DNA from: Dicyema japonicum
Lineage: Eukaryota > Animalia > Dicyemida
DNA length: 40,681 nt
Reading direction: 5' to 3'
Assembly: GCA_011109175.1 (NCBI GenBank)
Contig: RDEW01000090.1
Location: 70,094-110,774, forward strand
Shown here piece by piece: positions 12,577 to 22,749 of this stretch. Under the pieces are notes generated by a model that ran no database searches, was not told where the DNA came from, and saw only the letters and a list, made by a program, of their open reading frames with translations. The position numbers and the translations under genes are program-made. Position 1 is the first letter of the stretch. Each line of letters starts with the position of its first letter.

Positions 12577-13122
12577 TCACTTCTTTTTAAGCTTTTTAAC
12601 GCGACTCATGTGGACGATCTCGGTATGTCCCTCATTCGATTGAAGTGTCATTCGCTTGTTAGACAATATATCTACGACTTTCACTTTTTCACTGTAGGGA
12701 AATTCAAATTTCCTTAACTTAGCGAGGGATTGTTGCTAATATATGATTTTCTTCATCATATTCCTTAAGACTTTTGGCAAAAAGACATGTCTCACAATTG
12801 GAAACAACATCGCGAATAACATCTCTTTTCACAAAAAATATCGTTCTTTACAATATGTTTCTAGGTTGTTTTGGCCACAATGTGTTAAATCATGAATTTG
12901 AGTAGCGACAAACTTCATTTCCTCAACGTTGTCCGAATCAATAACCAATTTATCGCCTTCTGGGTCTTTTAGATACATTCTTCCTTCTTTAAGAACGAAG
13001 CTCTTGGACTTTTTTCGGATCCTGCACATAGCACATGCAGGCACATCAGTAGGTAAGCCTCCTTCCAGAATAATTTTGAGATTATCATATTCAACAGATG
13101 TCTTAACAAACAAGCGTGACAT
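12577..13122 (-). pseudogene. Integrase remnant: HHCC zinc-binding domain joined to the C-terminal module, DDE core absent
   Basis: QIHDLTHCG...KERYF, then a frameshift to VKRDVIRDVVSNCETC (H-x3-H...C-x2-C). Next in another frame is KVKVVDILSNKRMTLQSNEGHTEIVHMSRVKKL, with TGA at 12577-12579. Confidence 0.8.
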
Positions 13123-13132
13123 AACAATTCAA

Positions 13133-13495
13133 ATTATTATTATTATTATAAGCAACTACATAGAATCATATAAACTATAATTCTATTCGTGCCGCGTCTG
13201 AACAATCCTCTTAATTAGCCTTTCCCATCCCCTCCTGTCCTATGCCAAGTGCCGCAGACTACTAAGGTCTTCACCGTCCTTTAGTAGTCTGGTTACTGAT
13301 CTCAGGTCACCATTAAGGACTTCCGGAAGAGTTATTCTTGGACGACCTCTGAACTTCTCCCCTGACGTATCGAAGTATTCTTCCATGACGACGTTTGCTG
13401 GCGTGTCTTGTTCCAATCTGAGAATATGGCCAAACAATCTCCAGCGAGCCTTCATGATCATGGTGCTCAGAGGTCCGGAACCGCATCTTCTATAT
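13133..13495 (-). mobile_element. 5'-truncated RTE-like insertion nested in the Ginger-like element
   Basis: KARWRLFGHILRL...FRGRPRITLPEVLNGDL. (TAA)n tail at about 13133-13150, roughly 10 bp upstream of the integrase ATG. Confidence 0.85.
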
Positions 13496-13904
13496 AATTA
13501 GTATTAATAGTTTATAATAATTTTATACAATAAAATTAATATTTTATATTACTAAAAATTAGAATTTTAATCCAAAAGAACAATTTTTATAGATTCAAAA
13601 AAATTCAAAAAATTCAAAAAATCGATATTGCAGGTAGCGCATAGTTGCAAGTAGCGCTCGCGACATAATAAACAGAAAGGTTATTTCCATCATTAGTAGA
13701 TGCGATGAAAACATATTTTAAATATTAAATATTACATAAAAAATTTTTTTTATTTAGTGTCTTTTGCTCCATTGTTATACAATACCTATACACCGCAAAT
13801 GACGCTAGTGTCAATTTGAAAATACAGGTTCACAATACTAAAATTCTATTTCTGTAAACATTTTTACCGCAAAATCAACGAATTAGAAAAAGTTAAAAGT
13901 TAAC

Positions 13905-14445
13905 TACTAACTAAGTTATCCCGGTTTTCCGGGTTCTGGCTCTCGTTCGGGTCCTCGAAGATCCTACAGAATTGATAAAAACGGGGACGGTCTCATTCTC
14001 CATAGATTCCCCGCATTTTCAAGATAGTCAAATATAGAGTGAAAGCGGACAGCCGTTTTTCATAGCCCACTGTAGAAATAACTTCATTCTTTACCTTAGA
14101 TGTTCTTTAAGATTCATTACGTTATTCACATTTTTCTTATTAATTATTTTTAAGGCAGTTGGTTGTGCGGCTTCTAATTTTTGAGACTTTTGAGACGACG
14201 ATTCAGGTATCAGCTTCAGAAAGGACATGCGTAATCGATTGCTGGCAGTATGTATTGTCTGTAAATTTTCTGTAGTAAGAAGGTGTTGTGCCCAATTGGT
14301 GATCGGGACATAATTTTCAATATGCTGGTTATAATGTCATTGAAGTGTTCGCCGAATGTCAAGAGAGTATCCAACTTTAATCCTAGTGAAATATATGGAG
14401 TCGAATAAAGGAGGCGGAAGCGATTGGTTAACAAAATCATCAAAG
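13905..14445 (-). mobile_element. Jockey/I-like LINE 3' fragment
   Basis: YISLGLKLDTLLTFGEHF...IYRQYILPAIDYACPF (RT domain 7 and thumb). Confidence 0.65.
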
Positions 14446-14599
14446 TGCTAATAGTAAGTGAAAATAAGACATTTTATTAAAAAGTAAGTTAAAATTAAAG
14501 TTGTTATGAGGTCTCCATTATGACCTGGAAATATTGAACACGCGATGGGAGATACCTTTTATAATCTCGAGCACAATGTTCTGGAAAAGCCATCGCGTC

Positions 14600-14810
14600 A
14601 TTCTAGGTTCACCCTTCCTCTTCTTTACAGCTGCCCGATTAACCTGATAAACTCATTAACCTGATCCGATTTCGCAGTGAGATGTTCACTGATGACGGCG
14701 TCATTCGTCAAGCCAAAGCATTTTATATGCGTGGAACTTTTATCCGGAATGTACAGCTGCGAGATTCGAACTATGATTCCTCAGGCCATTTACAGCTCTC
14801 ATAACAACGC
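14600..14810 (-). mobile_element. Putative tRNA-derived SINE, copy A
   Basis: Minus strand has the B-box-like AGTTCGAATCT followed by a 31-bp core identical to 29931-29961. Confidence 0.55.
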
Positions 14811-14959
14811 CAAATCGGAATGTAATATTATAGTTTATTGAAGATAATGTTAATTTATTGTATTTTATGATTTTTTAATAAAATGTAATATAAAGTAATT
14901 TATTTATTTTAAGAATATGAAGGTTATTTTGGTTGAGGTGGTGACGTCCCTCTCGAAAA

Positions 14960-17950
14960 GTATGTCTGAAAAACACGAAAATTGCAACCTAAATGACTTC
15001 TCTCTTTTAACGTTCAACGTCAGAGGACTCTCTAGTGCATGGAAAAGAAAAGAACTTTGTGAAGACCTTTCAAAATACAAGATATCATTCGGATGTTTCC
15101 AAGAGACAAAATTATCGAAGGAGTTTGAAGAACACGGAATGTTTCAGTTAATCTTTCTCTCTGAGGATCAAAACATTACGGACTTGGATTTCCTGTAAGA
15201 AAGGACCTACTCCGGCGCATATACCGTTACTGGACTATCAATGAAATGATTGGGATTTTACAAATAACATTGTACGATCATAACTCTCCGAAGAGTTATC
15301 TTACAATTATTAACGCATATGCTCCACATAGTGGATGGATCAATAAGAAACCCGAGGAAATTGACGACTTTTATGCGAATCTGTCTGATGTTTATTCCAA
15401 TTATGCAAATTCCACATTAATATTGATTGCCGGTGATCTTAATGCAAAAGTTGGAAATCGAATCACTATAGAAGAAGCATTCATTGGAAGACATGGAAGG
15501 GGAAAAAGGAACATTGCAGAAACCTTGTTAGCTAGCTTTTGTCAAGCAAATTATCTATTTTTTGTAACACGGACTTTATCCACTCTGCAAGACACAGGAC
15601 AGCTTGGTCAGGCAATAGAACTAAGTCTGACGGAAGCATTGCGAAAATCTACAATCAAATAGACTACATTATTTGCAGACAAAAAGACCGCAGTATTGTC
15701 ACTGATGCCCGTGCTTATGAAGGGTCTATAATTGACAGCGATCACAAGATGGTTATTGGCAATATGTCGATAAAGAAACTTATGGATTTGTAAGGGATGA
15801 AAAGAAAGTGCAATGGACACACGGACTGAGGGGGAAGGGATAAGTTTTAGACCATTTAAAGAACAATACTATCCGGGGAGAGGAATTCTGAAAATACCTC
15901 GATGAGGGATTGGAAGAAATATCAGCAGATTTGGCACCGCAAATTGCGTGGACCTTGGTCAAACAGAAGATCATGATTGCTGCGGATATATACCTGAAAG
16001 AGGACTACGTAACTAATACACCTACTGAAGAAGGGACCGCTTTGAAACGCCTTGCTAATCAACAAAAGGCGATATGGATACATTGTCTAAAAACAGATGA
16101 CAAAAATACGAAACAGCGGATACAAAAGAAAAGAACAGTCATCAAAAACAATAAGAAAAGCTGCACGTCAAATTTAAAGAACGAAACAACAACAAAAATA
16201 GAGAAAATCGAAGGCCTTTAAAGACAATGCGAAGTTTTTATGAAGCTGTCGGACAAATCAGAAAACTTCCAAGGAAAACATTGACTTTACGATATGAAAA
16301 AGGAAAACATATTGCTAACCAACAAAAAATGCAGAACTTATAGCGGATTATTTTGAAGCACAATTTGTATCAGAAAATAGGAAAAAACTCACCATTAACA
16401 GGGATCAGGGAAATTTGGACGAAGAATTAACTTTGGAAGAAGTATTGAGAGCAAGTTTCAAACTGAAGGACAATAAGAGTCCTTGCCAAGATGGCTTAAA
16501 TGGTGAATTTTTCAAATATGGAACTCAAAAACTATACATGGTAATTGCCTGGATTCTAAACGAAACGTATACTGTAGGAGCCACTTTGTCACTTGGAGAA
16601 GGACTATTATACCAGTACAGAAGCCAAACAAAAAATCGGGTAATGTTGAGAACCTAAAATCAGTGGTCTTAACCAACAAACTACGAAAGATACTAGCCAA
16701 ACAAATGGAGAAGTGCGACTGTTCAAAAATTTAAAATAACGACAACCATTCTGGGGATTGATATGTCAAAGGCTTTTGATTACATCAACAGGATCAAGCT
16801 GCTGCAAATACTGGAGCACTTTTTGGAAAGCTCAACGATTAGGATGGTCAGGACACTCGTGACGGACACGAGTTTGATGGTCAGGACTGCTAAAGCTTTA
16901 TCGAGGACATTTGGTTCCTCTCAAGGAAATCCATTATCCCCGATTTTGTTTATTTGGAAAGCTCAACGATTAGGATGGTCAGGACACTCGTGACGGACAC
17001 GAGTTTGATGGTCAGGACTGCTAAAGCTTTATCGAGGACATTTGGTTCCTCTCAAGGAAATCCATTATCCCCGATTTTGTTTATTATTTATCTGGAGGCA
17101 GCTCTACGAGACTTGAAGCCTCATATCAGAGAAGGAAAGAGCATAATAGCATATGCAGACGACGTGGACTTTATTTTGAATAACATATAAGAGTTAATTG
17201 CACTTTTTGTAGAAAATGCCTGATAAAATGGCTGAGTGGTCATTAAAAGTAAACACAAACAAAACCGAAATCACGGAGCTAAAAAGAAGTGAGGAAAGGA
17301 CCGAGGATCACTGGCGTAGATCAAAAAACTAAAAATGCCTGATAAAATGGCTGAGTGGTCATTAAAAGTAAACACAAACAAAACCGAAATCACGGAGCTA
17401 AAGAGAAGTGAGGAAAGGACCGAGGAACACTAGCGTAGATCAAAAAACTAGGATCCCTTCTCGGTGACACCGAAGATACAACACGAAGGAAGACACTAAC
17501 TAATCTCCCGTTCAACAAAATGAATAAGATCTGGCCTCTGCACAAAGGGTTTGACCCTAAAACTCGAATGAGACTATTCAATGCCCTAGTGAGGCCAAAC
17601 CTATTATACAATGCCGGTACATGGGCATGTACAAGGCAGGAACTCGAAAAGTTGAATTTTTTTCACAGAAATCATCTCCGACGCCACGATATGGGGAGGA
17701 GTATTTTGTCTTAGAAGCTTATCGTTTCTGCTGCCGGACGAGGACAACACTGCCGGGTATTCTAGATGAAGATCTCAAGAGGATTGGAAAGTGCCTTAAA
17801 GATGGGGACGATCTAGATATACTACGGAACATGGCAACGGATCGAAAAAGATGGGGGACGTTAATTAGATTGATAACTTTTTGTGTTGCACATGTTTTGT
17901 CATGATCTTGGCATCGCTTACGTGCCTACAATAATAACATGAAGGTTATG
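14960..17950 (+). mobile_element. Near-full-length RTE-like LINE (APE + RT), pseudogenised
   Basis: LLTFNVRGL, FQETK, NAYAPH, AGDLNAKVG, NQIDYII, DSDHKMV, NKSPCQDG, IDMSKAFD, SQGNPLSPILF, AYADDVDF (17152-17163), LLYNAGTW. Frameshifts, plus duplications of 131 bp (16823/16954) and 119 bp (17213/17332). Confidence 0.9.
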
Positions 17951-18359
17951 ACTAGACTAACGTGTCCTTCTTCTTTTGCAAGATCTTAACCAGCCATCCA
18001 CATGACTACTTCATCGGATCCGGGTTTGTCTTCATCTTGCCACCCGATATTCTATTCCTCTTGAAACAAAATGCTTATGTTCTCCTAAAGTAAGAATAGG
18101 ATTACGTCAAAGATGAGAGGCCTCTGTTAACTCCGTTTTCAGAATCTATATCATCTTTTATGATTTAACTCCCATAAGTATACCTGCTGATAAAACCGAA
18201 TATTTCATGATCACCCATCATTAAGAGAGCTATGGTGTATGCATTATGTTGACAAGCAATGCTTATTTTAAATTATTTATGTTCGATATATTCGATTGTT
18301 TCTTCACTAACGATCATTTTCAACTCAGTCAAAGCTATATGAAAACAATCTATTATTTA

Positions 18360-19000
18360 TCTAATCCTGAAGCCTGGGAAACCAAAGGAAGACTCCGGCT
18401 CCTAGGGACCGATGTCGCTTCTGTATTGTGCAGACAAGAATTTCAGAAAGACTTGTTATGACACTCATCCGCCCTTTCCTCCCTGACGCATGGTTTCAGC
18501 ATGGCTTCAAAGAGTGAACGTCGACTGTCTTTGACACCTAAATGCATTAAAGGAATTCATAAAAGATTGCCTAAACGACGACGATTATTTGCTTAGTTGA
18601 AAGAGTGAACGTCGACTGTCTTTGACACCTAAATGCATTAAAGGAATTCATAAAAGATTGCCTATACGACGACGATTATTTGCTTAGTTGACAAATTTGA
18701 CTCTGTCGTAAGATCACCACAAAAAAATTATTCGTCGATCAATGACGCAAATCTAAGTTATGGTTGGGGAATTTCTTGAGATGTCTCCGAGGGCGAGTAC
18801 GCCAGGGTAATCGATGTTCATCATCCAGACTATTATTACCAAACGAGGTTCCTTCGGGTTCCCCATTATCTCCAGTCATATGCAATCTAATTACGAATGA
18901 CTTAACAATTCAACAAGATGACGACACATTAAGGTCCTACGCGGATGATATTGTTGTTTCACAACCATCAATAAAGCTAATGAATTCTTGAAGTATTTTT
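18360..19000 (+). mobile_element. Jockey/I-like RT fragment
   Basis: ILKPGKPKEDSGS, FQHGFK, EVPSGSPLSPVICNL, RSYADDIVV (18938-18949). 91-bp duplication at 18509/18600. Confidence 0.75.
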
Positions 19001-19093
19001 TTTACGAAAGCTCCTTTTTCTCAATTTCGAGTGCAGGGAATCCACCATAAAATGTTAAAATTCAGACTAAAGGCGATTCTTTGTGAAAGTCCT

Positions 19094-21160
19094 TTATTTC
19101 AAAACAATCTTTTCAGAGATATAGAATACATACATCAATAGCGATTTTCTCCTTATTAGAGAGCTTGAGACAGAAATTCGGTGTNNNNNNNNNNNNNNNN
19201 NNNNNNNNNNNNNNNNNNNNNNNNNNNNNNNNNNNNNNNNNNNNNNNNNNNNNNNNNNNNNNNNNNNNNNNNNNNNNNNNNNNNNNNNNNNNNNNNNNNN
19301 NNNNNNNNNNNNNNNNNNNNNNNNNNNNNNNNNNNNNNNNNNNNNNNNNNNNNNNNNNNNNNNNNNNNNNNNNNNNNNNNNNNNNNNNNNNNNNNNNNNN
19401 NNNNNNNNNNNNNNNNNNNNNNNNNNNNNNNNNNNNNNNNNNNNNNNNNNNNNNNNNNNNNNNNNNNNNNNNNNNNNNNNNNNNNNNNNNNNNNNNNNNN
19501 NNNNNNNNNNNNNNNNNNNNNNNNNNNNNNNNNNNNNNNNNNNNNNNNNNNNNNNNNNNNNNNNNNNNNNNNNNNNNNNNNNNNNNNNNNNNNNNNNNNN
19601 NNNNNNNNNNNNNNNNNNNNNNNNNNNNNATCTTTGAGCCGTTGCACACCGCCACCTGTGGCTCCACAGAATGTCCGCTGTCGACCTTCCTTCACGAAAT
19701 CCACTATGGCATGCTGATAGGTAATTTCCTGCAGGATGTTTTAAGCGGTCCAAAGCAACAGATGCAAGAACTTTTCGTAATGTGTTTAACAATATGACTG
19801 GGCGTTTGCTTTCTAGTGGTCCCTTTGGTTTGTTAGGCTTTTGTATAGGTATCAATGTCCCTTTCCCCAGTGGTATGACAGAGTTGGATGTAAACATTCC
19901 ATTTAACAATGTCGCAATGGTTTCGAATAGACGCATAGGTCCATATTTCAGCAGTTCGGGAGGGATGTTGTCTGGTCCAGCGCTCCTGTGATTCTTTAGC
20001 TTACTGCACGCACTCTGAACTTCTTTAGATGTGATAATTGTTTCCAGCATCCGCGGTTCTCCGATGAAAGGGGCCAGTTCTTGGCCGTTCGCATTGAACA
20101 GTTTTTCAAAATGGGCAGCAATCAATTCGATCTGTTCATCTGGTTTTAAGATAAGTTTCCCCTTCCCATCCATAACATGTACTGTCGCTTTTTTCTTTCC
20201 TCGCATTAGTCGGACTGCAACGAACATTTGTGCATTGTCCTTTAGTTGCTCCAGCTCTCTAAGATGTGATAGGAAGACATCCTTCGAGTGTTCATTATTA
20301 AGCTTCATGATTCTTCTCTTGATAATATTTCGTTCAGTTCGTAGTTTGTTTTTGATATTTATATCTGTCGTGTTTAGACTCTGTATCCATATTTCTCGTT
20401 GTTGTTTTGCCAGTGATAAGGAGTCTGGATGGCCAAGTGACATATTTCCGGTTGTCTGCCGTCTCACTCCAAGGTGGGTGTTTGCGGCAAGGCAAATAAT
20501 GCTTTTGGTCTGATCCCATAGGTCTTGTATAGTCATATTAGCTGGTAATGTATATAGGTGGTTCTCTATATGTTTTTGGAAGTTTGTCACCAGCAGCGGC
20601 TGAGACCAGAGCTTCTCAGTCATATATACATGGGTATGGTAAGGTGGTATCGTTTTGCTTAGACTCAGGTTCTTCCTACCAATGTAGTATTTCTTCAAGG
20701 AGAACTTGCCAATAACCATTTTATGGTCACTATTTATCATCGACCTTCCATAAGAACGGGCATCATTCAGTAGGTGTTTGTTCTTGGTCCGACAAATGAT
20801 GTAATCAATTTGATTATAAATATTGACACTTTTGTTTTCCGAGTTCGTTCTATGGCCAGTCCATGTGCTCCTGTGGCGAGCTGGGTGCATAAAGGCAGTT
20901 TTTCCTATGAAAAGATCATTCGCTTGACAGAAAGTGTTCCCGGGGTGTTTCTCCACCCCCGTCCATGCCTGCCGATGAACGATTCCTCTCCACTGCGTCG
21001 CATCCCAACTTTAGCGTTAAAGTCCCCGGCAATAAATATCAACGACGAAGATTCGTATTCCATATATTGATTGACCTTGAAAATTGTATTGAGAAACTGG
21101 AGTTTTTGTTGAATGACGATTAGTTTCTTAGTGTTTTTTGTTAGATTTGCATTCATATGT
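19094..21160 (-). mobile_element. RTE-like LINE (APE through RT domain 2) running into a gap
   Basis: FIAGDFNAKVG, then a frameshift into an uninterrupted frame at 19630-20956 with YNQIDYII, SDHKMV, RSAGPDNIP, IPIQKPNKP, RPVILLNTLRKVL, SGFREGRSTAD. Confidence 0.9.
19185..19629. other. Assembly gap
   Basis: Run of N. Confidence 1.
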
Positions 21161-21199
21161 AAATTCGGTGATTTTTAGTCCAGTAGTTAAGTTTTTTTA

Positions 21200-21720
21200 C
21201 CGATTTCCGTAAAAACCATTGAACATTCAACGGAGACATAGATTGGGAGTTGTCTTAGAGGGGGAGATAATTAGATGGACTATCAGAGTTTGTTGCAACA
21301 GGGACAGTAAAGGACGATACGCTGCTGTTTATTTTTCAGGTTGCAACTCTATGGCATCAAAGTGCACTCGTGCAGCACTCGAGACAATCTTCAGAACTAA
21401 CTTCTTCCAATTTCCTCGATCGTAAGACAGTTTTCTCAACTTGTCCAAATCGTTTCCACTTTTTATACTTTTTTCATAAGCTTTAAAACTACATCAAGTG
21501 TTTCTGGAAGTGTAATATGACGGTGACGGGGAAACTCGGTTTCTCTGCGATTGTCTGACGATATATAATTCCGATTGTTTCATTTATATTTACTGGGGTT
21601 TTCTGGCTAAGAGCCCGTGTGACATTTATTTTCTGCAGTCTTTTGGCGAGAACTTTTTTGGCATGGAAGGTAAAATTAAGCAGCCTGTCGTAAGTCATTT
21701 TTAGGATTGTGGGTTTTCCT
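21200..21720 (-). mobile_element. Jockey/I-like LINE 3' fragment
   Basis: ILKMTYDRLLNFTFHAKKV...INVTRAL...GIIYRQTI resembles ILGVTFDQGLTF...TTIYEQFI of the 9840-11940 element. Confidence 0.55.
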
Positions 21721-21759
21721 TTGACAGGTATTCGAGTATGTCCGATGAAGATTTATGGT

Positions 21760-22700
21760 CTTTCTTTGCACCGAAAGGAGGAGGTGAATGGAGTGCATGA
21801 TGTGTTGCAATTACCTCCTTTTGCTATTCAGCAATCAGTTGTATCTTGCCATTTTTGTCTTCGATTATTATTCGTTTTTTTCCGGTTTGTGTGGCGTAGT
21901 AAGCGAGCGGCCATATACAATTGTGAATTATCTCTTAGTTTGGATACTTCATTGATTTTGCAAAGCAGGTCTGCTTGGTGGAGTGTCTTGTTCAAAATCC
22001 TGATTTTTTACGGATTTGGTCCTGCCCCTGAAGGGCTTTTCTCTTGTTATAGTCTTTTTTCGTTTAGTTTTTTTTGTATGGATTTCTATTAACTCTTTTG
22101 CTAGTTCTGTATGTATCGTCCAATCCTTACTGTCCATCTCCCAAGTGCCGAGGTACTGACTGGCTGCTTCGTTTATTATATACTTTGTGCGATTCCAAGA
22201 ACTTCCAACTGTTAGGTCCTTTAGATGAGAGCAGATATATTTTTGGTAATTTATGACTGTATCTGGATGAGACATCAGTTATTCCGTTGCGTATCCATTT
22301 CTTGTATTCTCATTATTATTGTTTGTTGTTATGTTTCTTATGTTTGATACATGGTTCGCCAGGCTGAATGTTACAATAACCATTTTGTGATCGCTGACAG
22401 TTGTTGAACCTTCGAATGAGCGTGCGTTTATAAGAGAGCGTTTGTCGTTAATATAATATAATCAATTTGGTTGTACATAGGGATTAGTTTTCCATCTGGG
22501 TTTATTCGTTCGCTCATCCAAGTTGTTATGTGGCATGCACGATGAGAGAATGCAGTGTTGCACAAGAACAATTTGTTACCGTTCAGAAATGGCCAAGCTC
22601 ATTGCCTAAAAGGTCATAATGAAGACTGAGCAGATCACTTCAATGCCACCTAAGATGTTGATAAAATTGACAAAAGGCAAAAAATATAAAGCGGCAGTTT
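21760..22700 (-). mobile_element. RTE-like APE end plus linker fragment
   Basis: FLCNTAFSHRACHITTW, MYNQIDYII, ARSFEGSTTVSDHKMVIV, SWNRTKYIINEAASQYLG, QLYMAARLL. Confidence 0.75.
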
Positions 22701-22749
22701 CCTCGGTCCATTTTTACATGAATTGCTTTCAACTATATTATTTCTAAAA

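Larger units (their letters stand above)
12272..13665 (-). mobile_element. Ginger-like (Gypsy-integrase-related) TIR DNA transposon, internally deleted
   Basis: 50-bp inverted repeats at 12272-12321 and 13616-13665 (4 mismatches) begin TGT and end ACA. Flanked by TAATA at 12267-12271 and 13666-13670. Encloses integrase remnants. Confidence 0.85.

Noticed and set aside
14660-14720. CTGATGA resembling a hammerhead ribozyme core or snoRNA C box
   Set aside because: No GAAA and stem III are correctly placed in either copy, and the motif is antisense to the tRNA-like head.
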